NCBI GenBank assembly: GCA_017643215.1
Contig: JAEPNV010000011.1
Location: 142,313 to 174,312 of the forward strand
Direction: 5' to 3'
Source of the DNA: Roseibium sp.
GTDB lineage: Bacteria; Pseudomonadota; Alphaproteobacteria; Rhizobiales; Stappiaceae
Length of the DNA: 32,000 nt
The position numbers were made by a program, and so were the translations under genes. Positions 16,464 through 25,916 of this stretch are shown here, one piece after another; the first letter of the stretch is position 1; the number at the start of each line of letters is the position of its first letter. The notes beneath the pieces were generated by a model. It saw only the letters and a program-made list of their open reading frames with translations. It had not been told where the DNA came from and made no database searches.

Positions 16464-18617
16464 CTAAGCAATGTCGTAGCCGGCGTATCGTGCGTATCCC
16501 ATTCGTCCCTTCTGAGACTGCTGATTGAGAACGGCGACAAACGGTACATCACCCTTCTTTGCCTGGGCGAGCTTGTCGAGACAACGAATGCATTCGCTTT
16601 GCGGCGTCTTGGCCCATTCGATCACAAACACGATCGCGTCCGCATACCGGGCAAGGTAAAGGCCGTCCACCACCGGCGCGATTGGCGGGGTGTCTAGGAT
16701 CACATAGTCAAACCGCGCCGCGGCGCTGGCGATCAACTCGGAAAAGGATTTTTGATTGAACAAACGATCCGTCGGGGTATCTGCGCAGCGATCGCCGACC
16801 ACCGCGGTCAGATCCGTTTTGGGATCTTCTTTCACGATCCGGGTCATGTCTTGGCCAGACAGCGTTCCGGACAAAAGATCGGCAAGCCCGCTGGACGGCA
16901 TGATGTCCATGTGCCGCTGAATGCTGGGCCGCCGCAAGTCGCAGTCGACGATCACGGTGCGATCGCCAGCCATGGCAAGCGTACGGGCAAGGCACAAGGC
17001 GACCGTTGATTTCCCCTCGCCCGGAAGCGCGGAGGAGACCATGATGACCTTGCCGCGTTTTGGCGTCTCGGGTTTATCGAAATCAACGGCGCCCGGCCCG
17101 AATTGATCGACGGATATCCGAAGCCGCCGGAAGGATTCGGCAAATCCGGAGAGCTGTGCATTCACCAGATGGTCCGCGACCGCGGTTTCATCCGGACAGC
17201 CGGTGAGACGGGGCACCGCCGCGGCGACCGGAACACGGGCCACAGCCTCCACCTGGGTTTCGCTCGTAAAACCGCCAATGTAGGTTTCGAACACAAACGC
17301 AAGTCCGATACCTGCGCCCAGCGAAACAATCGCCACTGCGAGCAGTACCAGCCCCGTCCGGGGAAAACTCGGCTCGGTGGGCGTGAAGGCGGGCGAAACG
17401 ATCCGGCTGTCCGCGACCTGGAGCGCGACTTCCGTGTCCAGCGTCTGCGCGCGGGCAAGAAGCGTCTGATACTGGTCTGTGGCGTTCACTGACCGTTGTT
17501 GAAGACCATAGATCTGCGCGAGAACATCGGCGGGAAGCGGGCTCTCGAACAGGGCAGCCCGGATCTTTGCATTGAGCACCGAAGCGTCTTGATCGGACCG
17601 GATGATTGCCTCTCGAAGCTCCTGGCGCGCTTTCGCGGCCGCCTGTTCCAACCGCGTCTCGATTGCTTTCATCTCGTCTTGAAATTCTCCAGCGGAGAAT
17701 GGGTCATCGGCGCTTTGTTGGAGGGCTTGGCGCAGGCCGTCATGTTCCCTGACCAGGTCCATCGCCGATTGTGATCCAATCCGCTGCGCCAACTCGGACG
17801 GAGCGGCGTTCGCAGGCGCGTCCTCCAAGGCGCGCAAGCGTTCCCGCAAGCCCTTGCCCGCCTGCATCAATTCCGCCCGTTGGTCGCGCAGCGCGCCAAG
17901 ATCCGACCGGCCGCTTTGTTGTACGATCCGGTCGAGGTTGGATAAAACATAGCCGTCGAAGTTTTTTTCCGCTGCAACGACGGCGTCCTCCGCTTCGGCG
18001 ATCTGGTCCTGGACCCGGTCGCGCGCGGCGATCACGGAGGCGACCTTTTGCTGAAGTTGGATGCGGATGTGGGTTTCAGCCACCGCATTGGCGAGTTCGG
18101 CGGCCTTGATCGGATCCCGCGATTGCGCATTCACCGCAATCAAAAAGGTCAGGCCGCGCCGTTCTGCCGAAATCCGGCTTTTGACATGGTCCAGCACCTG
18201 CCCGGCTGCAGCGTCGCCGGTTGGCAATTGTGGCTCCTTCAGACGCAGGAACGACAGCATCTGATCCATGACCGAAAGCCGGACGCCGAACTCCGGATCA
18301 CCCAGAAGGCTTGGGCCGTCCGGGGCGACACCCGTTCTGATCACTTCCAGAAGAATGCTATCGGCGCGGATGAGTTCAACCTCGCTGTTGACCCGAGCGC
18401 TGTCACCCGCGTTGGACGTTATGGTGTTTTCTGCATCCAGAAGGTTTTTCTGACGCGGATCGACCAGGATCAGCGCCGTGCCCGTATAAAGCGGCGTGAT
18501 CATAATCAGGGCGATGGCGGTGAGTCCCAATAAAACAATAACGGTGGTCAAGATCAATCCGACGTGCCGGCGGAGCATGCCAAGAAACAGGCGAAGATCG
18601 ACGGGATCGTTGCTCAT
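16464..18617 (-). CDS. Polysaccharide chain-length determinant / tyrosine autokinase (ExoP/Wzc/GumC-like)
   Basis: 717-aa ORF. It has an N-terminal Wzz-type TM segment with a PLYTGTALILVDP motif, a long coiled-coil periplasmic region and a second TM segment. The C-terminal P-loop kinase domain has Walker A SSALPGEGKST and Walker B DYVILDTPP. The tail GYARYAGYDIA contains three Tyr residues. Confidence 0.85.
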   Translation of the reverse strand: MSNDPVDLRLFLGMLRRHVGLILTTVIVLLGLTAIALIMITPLYTGTALILVDPRQKNLLDAENTITSNAGDSARVNSEVELIRADSILLEVIRTGVAPDGPSLLGDPEFGVRLSVMDQMLSFLRLKEPQLPTGDAAAGQVLDHVKSRISAERRGLTFLIAVNAQSRDPIKAAELANAVAETHIRIQLQQKVASVIAARDRVQDQIAEAEDAVVAAEKNFDGYVLSNLDRIVQQSGRSDLGALRDQRAELMQAGKGLRERLRALEDAPANAAPSELAQRIGSQSAMDLVREHDGLRQALQQSADDPFSAGEFQDEMKAIETRLEQAAAKARQELREAIIRSDQDASVLNAKIRAALFESPLPADVLAQIYGLQQRSVNATDQYQTLLARAQTLDTEVALQVADSRIVSPAFTPTEPSFPRTGLVLLAVAIVSLGAGIGLAFVFETYIGGFTSETQVEAVARVPVAAAVPRLTGCPDETAVADHLVNAQLSGFAESFRRLRISVDQFGPGAVDFDKPETPKRGKVIMVSSALPGEGKSTVALCLARTLAMAGDRTVIVDCDLRRPSIQRHMDIMPSSGLADLLSGTLSGQDMTRIVKEDPKTDLTAVVGDRCADTPTDRLFNQKSFSELIASAAARFDYVILDTPPIAPVVDGLYLARYADAIVFVIEWAKTPQSECIRCLDKLAQAKKGDVPFVAVLNQQSQKGRMGYARYAGYDIA

Positions 18618-18841
18618 GACGCCCGCCAGATCGGATGTACTGGACGAGAAGATCGGGAGGTCTCAATGGGAAGCTGATCCAGGAAATAAATTAGACGCAT
18701 AACGACCACAACGCGACACAATAGCAAAAAACACAACTGAAAGTTTATAACAATCGTTCCACACGTTGTCCAGCGGCCATCGGGAGGCGTGGGTCCAAGG
18801 CCGCGTCACGAACCGAACGCAAGTGAGTTGACTTGAACGGA

Positions 18842-19585
18842 TCAGCTGCCGGCGCTGTCCAGATGGTCGACGATCAAGGTCGCACGGTCGGCTGCAAAAC
18901 AGCTGCGCGACCGCTGGATCGGGACGCCGCTCAAATCACAATTGACAACACCGGTAACGAGCAAGATCGCCCCTGGCGCAAGCCGCAGGCGCTCAATTTC
19001 AGCGTCCCTGGCGTGGCGGGCATCCACCCGCGTTTCCTGGCGCAGGTAATCATCGACCCCGCAGGCCTTTAGACCCGCGGTGATCGACCCGGTTTGCCGC
19101 ACGATCTCCGGCAGCGCCTCAAACCGGCCCGCTTCGAACCAATGCGTTGAAAACGAAAACGGCTCACCGTCCACCATGGAAAGGGTCTCGAGGCGGAGGA
19201 CGATTGCACCCGGCTCAAGCCGCAAAACAGTCCGCGTTGGCGCATCGGCCGTCTCTTTGGTTGATGAAATGACTTCGCTGCGGCCGGTCGCGCTGTTGTC
19301 GCGCATGGCTGCGGAAAACCGGGTCCGCCGTCCGATCGGATAGGCAATCCGGTTCTTTTTCAGCGCGAAAGTGCCCTGACCGCGGCGCGCCTCCACCACC
19401 CGTTCGCGGGCGAGCGCGGCCAAAGCGGCGCGCACCGTGTGCCGGTTGACATCAAAGCGGCGCGCCAGCTCGGCCTCGGACGGCAACCGTCCCATTTTGT
19501 CGGTCAGGCCGTTGCCAATGCCGCCGCGGATCTCGTCGGCGATCTGACGCCAAAGCGCCACGCCGGATTGGCGTTGGAGGGTCAT
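18842..19585 (-). CDS. phnF: Phosphonate metabolism transcriptional regulator PhnF (GntR/HutC family)
   Basis: 247-aa ORF with the GntR wHTH LPSEAELARRFDVNRHTVRAALAALA and a UTRA-like C-terminal domain. It is divergent from phnG. Confidence 0.9.
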   Translation of the reverse strand: MTLQRQSGVALWRQIADEIRGGIGNGLTDKMGRLPSEAELARRFDVNRHTVRAALAALARERVVEARRGQGTFALKKNRIAYPIGRRTRFSAAMRDNSATGRSEVISSTKETADAPTRTVLRLEPGAIVLRLETLSMVDGEPFSFSTHWFEAGRFEALPEIVRQTGSITAGLKACGVDDYLRQETRVDARHARDAEIERLRLAPGAILLVTGVVNCDLSGVPIQRSRSCFAADRATLIVDHLDSAGS

Positions 19586-19598
19586 GTTTTCGGCCTGA

Positions 19599-19616
19599 TT
19601 GTCACACCGCTGTCAT
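19599..19616 (+). promoter_or_regulatory. Pho box (PhoB binding site) in the phnF/phnG spacer
   Basis: TTGTCAC-ACCG-CTGTCAT: two 7-bp direct repeats separated by 4 bp. This matches the CTGTCAT-N4-CTGTCAT architecture. A -10-like CATATT/TATTCA lies at 19625-19632. Confidence 0.65.
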
Positions 19617-19650
19617 TGCATGGCCATATTCATAAGGCATTAAAATCTAG

Positions 19651-19670
19651 TTGTCTATATTATTAGACAA
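19651..19670. promoter_or_regulatory. Palindromic operator, probable PhnF (HutC-type) site
   Basis: TTGTCTA-TATTAT-TAGACAA with perfect 7-bp arms and the GT..TA / TA..AC core typical of GntR/HutC operators. It sits between the putative -10 and the phnG RBS (GGAG at 19673-19676). Confidence 0.6.
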
Positions 19671-19681
19671 ATGGAGCCGAT

Positions 19682-20143
19682 TTGACCCAACCAATCTCCC
19701 CGTCCTCATCGCGCCGCAACCACCGGGCCGCCATTGTTGCGCAGGCACCGGATGCGGCGTTGCGGCAAGCCTGGGCAACCTATCCGGATGATCCTGCGTT
19801 TACCTATGTCCGCCGCCCCGAAACCGGCCTTGTCTGCGTGCGCGGCCGGATCGGCGGTGGGGGCGCGTCTTTTCCGTTCGGCGACGCGACCGCGACGCGG
19901 ACGACGGTGCGCCTTGAAAACGGCGCGATCGGGCATGCGATGGTCCTGGGCCGCAACGCCGAGCGGGCAACGATCGCGGCTGTTATCGATGCGCTCGCCT
20001 GCGACCCCACCGCGGCGACCGGGATCGACAAACACATCATCGAACCGCTTGCACAGGCCCTTGCTGCGCGCGATGCCAAACGCGCACGGCAAACAGCGGC
20101 GACAAAGGTCGACTTCTTCACCCTGGTCCGCGGCGAGGACTGA
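19682..20143 (+). CDS. phnG: C-P lyase system protein PhnG
   Basis: 153-aa ORF with a TTG start 5 nt after GGAG. The C-terminus ...TKVDFFTLVRGED is PhnG-like. It is the first gene of the phnGHIJKL run. Confidence 0.85.
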   Translation: MTQPISPSSSRRNHRAAIVAQAPDAALRQAWATYPDDPAFTYVRRPETGLVCVRGRIGGGGASFPFGDATATRTTVRLENGAIGHAMVLGRNAERATIAAVIDALACDPTAATGIDKHIIEPLAQALAARDAKRARQTAATKVDFFTLVRGED

Positions 20144-20148
20144 AAGCC

Positions 20149-20763
20149 ATGGCGAACGTTGCAACACCTGCCTTCACCGGCGGTTTTAACGATCCGGTTC
20201 ACGGATCGCAGCAGGGTTTTCGTGCGATCATGGAGGCGATGGCGCGCCCGGGCACGCTTCAAACGCCAGACGGTGTTACCGCGCCCGCGCCCTTGAACCC
20301 AGTCTCGGCCCTGGTTGCCCTGACCCTGCTGGACCAGGACACGTCTGTTTGGCTGGACAGCGGATGTCATGGACAGGCGGATGTGGCCGATTGGCTTTCG
20401 TTTCACACTGGCGCGCGCATCGCGCAAAACATGGCCACTGCCGACTTTTGCATCCTGTCCAATCCTAAGGGTGTCACCGTCCTGGCGGACATGGCTTTGG
20501 GCAGCGAGGAATATCCGGACCGTTCGGCGACCGCCATTATGCAGGTGACCGGATTTGAGGCCAATCCGGACTGGGTGTGCGAGGGGCCGGGCATAAAGGG
20601 TCAAATCGATTTCCAGCCGACGGGCGTCGACGACAGCTTTTTGCCGGTCTGGTCGCAAAACCGGGCGGCCTTTCCGCGCGGGGTCGACCTGATCCTGGCA
20701 AGCCCCACGCAACTTGCCGCCCTGCCGCGTACCACCTGCATCCGCAAGGCCAGGGAGATGTAA
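20149..20763 (+). CDS. phnH: C-P lyase system protein PhnH
   Basis: 204-aa ORF. FNDPVHGSQQGFRAIMEAMARPG is the characteristic PhnH N-terminus. Confidence 0.9.
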   Translation: MANVATPAFTGGFNDPVHGSQQGFRAIMEAMARPGTLQTPDGVTAPAPLNPVSALVALTLLDQDTSVWLDSGCHGQADVADWLSFHTGARIAQNMATADFCILSNPKGVTVLADMALGSEEYPDRSATAIMQVTGFEANPDWVCEGPGIKGQIDFQPTGVDDSFLPVWSQNRAAFPRGVDLILASPTQLAALPRTTCIRKAREM

Positions 20764-21873
20764 ATGTATGTAGCCGTGAAAGGCGGGGAACAGGCGATCG
20801 AGAACGCCCATCGTCTCCTTGCCGACCGCCGCCGGGGCGACCGGACAGTGCCGGACATCTCCCTCGACCAGATTTCCGGTCAGCTTGCCCTTGCCGTCGA
20901 CCGGGTCATGAGCGAGGGATCACTTTATGACCGCGAGCTCGCAGCCCTGGCGATCAAGCAGGCCCGGGGCGATTTGATCGAGGCAATTTTCCTGGTCCGC
21001 GCCTACCGGACGACCTTGCCGCGGTTCGGCGCGTCTGAGCCGATCGACACCGGGGACATGAAGATCGAGCGGCGCATTTCCGCGACCTACAAGGATCTGC
21101 CCGGCGGGCAGATGCTGGGCCCGACCTTCGATTACACGCACCGATTGCTCGACCCGTCCCTTGCCGCAGACAGCGACCCCGCCAGCGCGGCCGAACGCGA
21201 CGCTGACCGCGGCCCGGCAATGCGCGTCTCCGACATTCTGGGGCAGGAGAACCTGGTCGAGGAAGATGGCGCCGCGTCCTCGGATGACCCACCGGACATC
21301 ACCCGATCCCCGGTGGAGTTCCCGCTGGAACGGGAAACCAGATTGCAGGCCTTGTCGCGCGGCGACGAGGGTTTTCTGCTGGCTCTTGGATACTCCACGC
21401 AGCGTGGCTACGCGCGCAATCACCCCTTTGTCGGCGAAATCCGAATTGGCGAGGTGGCGCTTGAAATGGATCTACCGGAAAAGGGCGGCACCACGGTCAT
21501 CGGCCGCCTGCTGGTGACAGAGTGCCAGATGGTCAACCAGTTCAAGGGTTCGGCCAAGGCGCCGCCGCAATTCACCCGTGGATACGGGCTCGTGTTCGGG
21601 CAATCGGAACGCAAGGCCATGTCCATGGCCCTGTGCGACCGCGCCTTGCGGGCCGGCGAACTGGGCGAGGACAGAACGGCGCCGGCGCAGGACGAAGAAT
21701 TCGTCATTTCCCATTGCGACAACGTTCAGGCGACCGGCTTTGTCGAGCACCTGAAACTGCCGCATTACGTCGATTTTCAGGCCGAGCTCGAACTGGTCCG
21801 GGGCATGCGCGCCGCATTCAAGGAGACGCGTGAAACCGTTGACGACAATCCTCAACCGGAGGCCGCAGAATGA
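20764..21873 (+). CDS. phnI: C-P lyase system protein PhnI
   Basis: 369-aa ORF beginning MYVAVKGGEQAIENAHRLL. It also contains GYSTQRGYARNHPFVGEIRIGEV. It starts immediately after the phnH stop. Confidence 0.92.
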   Translation: MYVAVKGGEQAIENAHRLLADRRRGDRTVPDISLDQISGQLALAVDRVMSEGSLYDRELAALAIKQARGDLIEAIFLVRAYRTTLPRFGASEPIDTGDMKIERRISATYKDLPGGQMLGPTFDYTHRLLDPSLAADSDPASAAERDADRGPAMRVSDILGQENLVEEDGAASSDDPPDITRSPVEFPLERETRLQALSRGDEGFLLALGYSTQRGYARNHPFVGEIRIGEVALEMDLPEKGGTTVIGRLLVTECQMVNQFKGSAKAPPQFTRGYGLVFGQSERKAMSMALCDRALRAGELGEDRTAPAQDEEFVISHCDNVQATGFVEHLKLPHYVDFQAELELVRGMRAAFKETRETVDDNPQPEAAE

Positions 21874-22763
21874 ACCCGCATGCCTCCGGCTTTGCCGCCT
21901 ATAACTTCGCCTATCTCGACGAACAGACCAAACGCATGATCCGGCGCGCGATTTTAAAGGCGATCGCGATCCCCGGCTATCAGGTGCCCTTCGCCAGCCG
22001 CGAAATGCCGATGCCCTATGGCTGGGGCACCGGCGGCGTGCAGGTCACGGCCGCGATCCTGGGCGCGGATGACACGCTGAAGGTGATCGACCAGGGCTCT
22101 GACGACACGACCAATTCGGTTTCCATCCGCAAGTTCTTCGAAAAGACGGCCGGCGTCGCAACGACCACGCGCACAGCGGACGCGAGCATCATTCAAACCC
22201 GGCATCGGATTCCCGAAGAACCTTTGAAATCTGGCCAGGTGCTGGTTTACCAGGTGCCGATCCCCGAACCGCTGCGCTTTCTGGAACCGCGCGAGACCGA
22301 AACACGCAAGATGCATGCGCTGGAGGAATACGGCCTCATGCATGTCAAGCTCTATGAGGACATCGCCAAGAACGGCCGCATCGCGACGACCTATGCCTAT
22401 CCGGTGAAGATCGAAGGCCGCTACGTGATGGATCCATCGCCAACGCCGAAGTTCGACAATCCGAAAATGAACGACAGTCCGGCCTTGCAGCTGTTTGGCG
22501 CCGGCCGGGAAAAACGCATCTACGCGGTGCCGCCCCACACCGAGGTCGTCAGTCTGGATTTCGAGGATCACCCGTTTGAAATCAACCGGTTCGAAGACAC
22601 CTGCGCGCTCTGCGGCGCGGAGGGCGTTTATCTCGATGAGGTGATCCTCGATGACAAGGGCAATCGGATGTTCTGCTGCTCGGACACCGATCATTGCGAG
22701 CAACGGCGCGAAGCGGGCCATTCCGGCGCCAGGGCCGGCCAAGGCCTGGAGGCGTCCCAATGA
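21870..22763 (+). CDS. phnJ: Alpha-D-ribose 1-methylphosphonate 5-phosphate C-P lyase PhnJ
   Basis: 297-aa ORF containing YNFAYLDEQTKRMIRRAILKAIAIPGYQVPFASREMPMPYGWGTGG and a C-terminal Cys cluster (CALCGAEG...CCSDTDHC). ATGA overlap with phnI. Confidence 0.95.
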   Translation: MNPHASGFAAYNFAYLDEQTKRMIRRAILKAIAIPGYQVPFASREMPMPYGWGTGGVQVTAAILGADDTLKVIDQGSDDTTNSVSIRKFFEKTAGVATTTRTADASIIQTRHRIPEEPLKSGQVLVYQVPIPEPLRFLEPRETETRKMHALEEYGLMHVKLYEDIAKNGRIATTYAYPVKIEGRYVMDPSPTPKFDNPKMNDSPALQLFGAGREKRIYAVPPHTEVVSLDFEDHPFEINRFEDTCALCGAEGVYLDEVILDDKGNRMFCCSDTDHCEQRREAGHSGARAGQGLEASQ

Positions 22764-23542
22764 CCACAACGGATCAGCCGCTCCTGTCGGTCGCCGGCGT
22801 CACGAAATACTACGGCGACCGGATGGGTTGCGCGGATGTGTCGTTCGATCTGTGGCCAGGTGAAGTGCTCGCCGTTGTCGGTGAATCCGGATCGGGCAAG
22901 ACCACGCTGCTCAACTGCATTTCATCCCGGCTGCGGCCGACCCGCGGATCGGTGCACTATGCCATGCGGGACGGACAAAGCCGCAGCCTGTTTGAGATGG
23001 GCGAGGCGGAGCGGCGGTTTTTGATGCGCACAGACTGGGGATTCGTCCATCAGAACCCGGCAGACGGGTTGCGCATGACCGTCTCTGCCGGTGCCAATGT
23101 CGGCGAACGTCTGATGGCCGTTGGCGACCGGCACTACGGCCGGATCCGCGGCACCGCGATCGACTGGCTGGGGCGCGTGGAAATCGCGGCGGACCGGATT
23201 GACGATCAGCCACGGGCGTTTTCCGGCGGCATGCGCCAGCGCCTCCAGATCGCGCGCAATCTGGTCACCGCGCCGCGGCTTGTCTTCATGGACGAACCCA
23301 CGGGCGGCCTGGATGTGTCCGTTCAGGCCCGCCTGCTCGATCTGGTGCGCGGCCTGGTCTCGGACCTTGACCTGTCGATCATCGTCGTCACCCACGATCT
23401 GGCCGTCGCGCGGCTGTTGTCGCACCGCATGATGGTGATGAAGGACGGTCATGTGATCGAAACCGGCCTGACCGATCGCGTTTTGGACGATCCGCGCGAG
23501 CCCTACACCCAACTCCTTGTCTCCTCCATTTTGCAGGTGTGA
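22760..23542 (+). CDS. phnK: Phosphonate C-P lyase ATP-binding protein PhnK
   Basis: The ATG at 22760 overlaps the phnJ stop (ATGA). It has Walker A GESGSGKTT and the ABC signature FSGGMRQRLQIAR. The track's upstream extension from 22694 overlaps phnJ and was not used. Confidence 0.9.
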   Translation: MTTTDQPLLSVAGVTKYYGDRMGCADVSFDLWPGEVLAVVGESGSGKTTLLNCISSRLRPTRGSVHYAMRDGQSRSLFEMGEAERRFLMRTDWGFVHQNPADGLRMTVSAGANVGERLMAVGDRHYGRIRGTAIDWLGRVEIAADRIDDQPRAFSGGMRQRLQIARNLVTAPRLVFMDEPTGGLDVSVQARLLDLVRGLVSDLDLSIIVVTHDLAVARLLSHRMMVMKDGHVIETGLTDRVLDDPREPYTQLLVSSILQV

Positions 23543-24249
23543 TGATGGCCGCTCCGCTCGTTCTTCGTAATGTCCGCAAGAGCTTCACCATGCACCTGCG
23601 CGGCGGTATTGAGATCCCGGTGGTCGACGGCGTCGATTTCCAGGCCGAAGCCGGAACATGCACCGTTTTGGGTGGACCGTCAGGCATCGGCAAATCGTCG
23701 ATCCTGAAGATGATCTACGGCAACTACGGCGTGGACGGCGGTCAGATCCTCATAAATCACGCCGGCACGACGATGGATCTCGCCTCGGCCGAACCCCGGA
23801 CGGTTCTGGATATCCGGCGACGAACGCTTGGATATGTCAGTCAGTTCCTGCGCACGGTTCCCAGGGTGTCCGCATTGGATATCGTCGCCGAACCGTTGGT
23901 CCGGACCGGAACGCCGGCAAAGGCGGCGCGCGGCAATGCGTCCGCTTTATTGAACCGGCTAAATTTACCACAGGAGCTGTGGGACCTGCCGCCGGCGACA
24001 TTTTCAGGCGGGGAGCAGCAACGGGTCAACATCGCCCGCGGTTTCATCACCTCCCACCCGGTTTTGCTTCTGGACGAGCCGACCGCCTCGCTCGACGCCC
24101 GGAACCGGAAAGTCGTGGTCGCGATGATCCGCGAGAAGAAAGCGAACGGCGTGGCGCTGGTCGGCATCTTCCACGATGCCGATGTCCGGGACGCGATCGC
24201 CGACACCGTGATTGACGTCTCATCCTTCACGGCGCGCAAGGCCGCTTGA
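23539..24249 (+). CDS. phnL: Phosphonate C-P lyase ATP-binding protein PhnL
   Basis: 236-aa ORF with Walker [10 protein letters not shown] and signature [13 protein letters not shown]. Its start overlaps the phnK stop (GTGA). ATGs at 23542 and 23545 are alternatives. Confidence 0.9.
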   Translation: MMMAAPLVLRNVRKSFTMHLRGGIEIPVVDGVDFQAEAGTCTVLGGPSGIGKSSILKMIYGNYGVDGGQILINHAGTTMDLASAEPRTVLDIRRRTLGYVSQFLRTVPRVSALDIVAEPLVRTGTPAKAARGNASALLNRLNLPQELWDLPPATFSGGEQQRVNIARGFITSHPVLLLDEPTASLDARNRKVVVAMIREKKANGVALVGIFHDADVRDAIADTVIDVSSFTARKAA

Positions 24250-24863
24250 CGATACCGAAACTGTCGGAACAACCACTTGTGCACGAGACCGCGCGGGTGA
24301 CCAACACATCGCTCGGCCGCTACACTGAAATCGACGAGGGCTGTGTCGTTTCCGAATGCGTGATCGGCGACTACTCTTATTTGATCCGCCAGACGGAAGC
24401 CTGGTGCGCGACGATCGGTAAGTTCTCCAATATCGCCAGCCATGTGCGGATCAATGCCACGAACCATCCGACCTGGCGGGCGACACAACATCATTTCACC
24501 TACCGGGCCGGTGACTATTTCGAGGATGCGGAAAACGAGACCGCGTTTTTTAAATGGCGTCGCAATAACGCCGTCACGATCGGCCATGATACCTGGATTG
24601 GCCACGGGGCGATCATCTTGCCTGGTGTTACCATCGGCGACGGTGCGGTTGTCGGCTCCGGCGCGGTTGTAACAAAAGATGTCGCGCCCTACGCGATTGT
24701 GGGCGGAACGCCGGCGCGCGTGATCCGCAAGCGCCATGAGCCGGACGTCGTTGAGGGTTTACAGACACTGGCCTGGTGGGATTGGGACCACAGCCGCCTT
24801 CGCCACGCGCTGGAAGACTTCCGGGATTTGGCCGCAAAAGATTTCCTTAGAAAATATCTCTGA
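24246..24863 (+). CDS. Hexapeptide-repeat (LbH) acyltransferase of the phosphonate-metabolism-associated family
   Basis: 205-aa ORF with left-handed beta-helix repeats ([35 protein letters not shown]). The TTG start overlaps the phnL stop, so the gene is embedded in the phn operon. Confidence 0.75.
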   Translation: MTIPKLSEQPLVHETARVTNTSLGRYTEIDEGCVVSECVIGDYSYLIRQTEAWCATIGKFSNIASHVRINATNHPTWRATQHHFTYRAGDYFEDAENETAFFKWRRNNAVTIGHDTWIGHGAIILPGVTIGDGAVVGSGAVVTKDVAPYAIVGGTPARVIRKRHEPDVVEGLQTLAWWDWDHSRLRHALEDFRDLAAKDFLRKYL

Positions 24864-24971
24864 TTAACAAGTATTTATCGGCGTATTTTCTGTCAAAAAA
24901 AAGCAAAAAAACTGACACTCGTGCTTCATACGGAGCGCATAGGCAAGGGTGAACGCGAAAGGGATCGCCCT

Positions 24972-25847
24972 ATGCTTGAGTTCCAGAAGGTAACGCGCCG
25001 GTTCGGTGCCAACACGGCTGTCGACAGCATCGACATCTCGGTTCCGACCGGACAGATGGTCGGCATCATTGGCGCGTCGGGCGCCGGCAAGTCCACGTTG
25101 CTCAGAATGATTAACCGGCTCATCGACACCAGCGATGGATGCATCCTCTATGAAGGTGTCAATGTCTCCGTGCTGAAGGGGCAGCTTCTGCGCAACTGGC
25201 AACGCGATTGCGCGATGATCTTCCAGCAGTTCAATCTCGTCCCGCGGCTTGATGTCATCACGAACGTCATGCTCGGCCGGCTCAACCACCGCTCGACCGT
25301 CGCGAGCCTTCTCAACATGTTTTCGGACGAAGAGCGCGCCATGGCGATCGCCGCGCTGGAACGGCTTGGCATTGAAAGGGCGGCGATGCAGCGGGCCGGT
25401 ACGCTGTCGGGCGGCCAGCAGCAGCGGGTCGCCATTGCCCGGGCTCTGATGCAACAACCGAAGGTCATTCTGGCGGACGAACCGATCGCCTCTCTCGATC
25501 CGCGCAATGCGCAGATCGTCATGCAGTCGCTCGCCGACATCAACAAGCGGGACGGCATCACCGTCATCACCAATTTGCACACGCTCGACACCGCGCGCGC
25601 CTATTGCGAGCGCATTATCGGCATGCAGGCCGGCAAGGTCGTGTTTGACGGCGGGCCGAACGACCTGACGGAAGCCGCCGCGCGCCGGATCTATGGCGCC
25701 GAAGGGCTTGAGGATGCGTTCTCCGAAGCTGTGACCTCGACCAGTTTCGCCGCATCGCGGCCGGCGAAATCCGCGGCGTTTGTCGCGGCCGGTCTGGAAC
25801 CGGCGACAGCGGAACGACCCGCCATGAAAAAAGCCGCGAAGGCCTGA
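24972..25847 (+). CDS. phnC: Phosphonate ABC transporter ATP-binding protein PhnC
   Basis: The ATG at 24972 follows GAAAGGGA. It has Walker [10 protein letters not shown] and signature [15 protein letters not shown]. It carries an Ala-rich C-terminal tail of about 45 aa. The track's GTG at 24921 is less likely. Confidence 0.9.
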   Translation: MLEFQKVTRRFGANTAVDSIDISVPTGQMVGIIGASGAGKSTLLRMINRLIDTSDGCILYEGVNVSVLKGQLLRNWQRDCAMIFQQFNLVPRLDVITNVMLGRLNHRSTVASLLNMFSDEERAMAIAALERLGIERAAMQRAGTLSGGQQQRVAIARALMQQPKVILADEPIASLDPRNAQIVMQSLADINKRDGITVITNLHTLDTARAYCERIIGMQAGKVVFDGGPNDLTEAAARRIYGAEGLEDAFSEAVTSTSFAASRPAKSAAFVAAGLEPATAERPAMKKAAKA

Positions 25848-25916
25848 GTGGGATTGGCCAGCGTCACGCCAGCCGCACCGAACATCATCAAATTCAACAC
25901 GAAACAGGAGCTCCCC

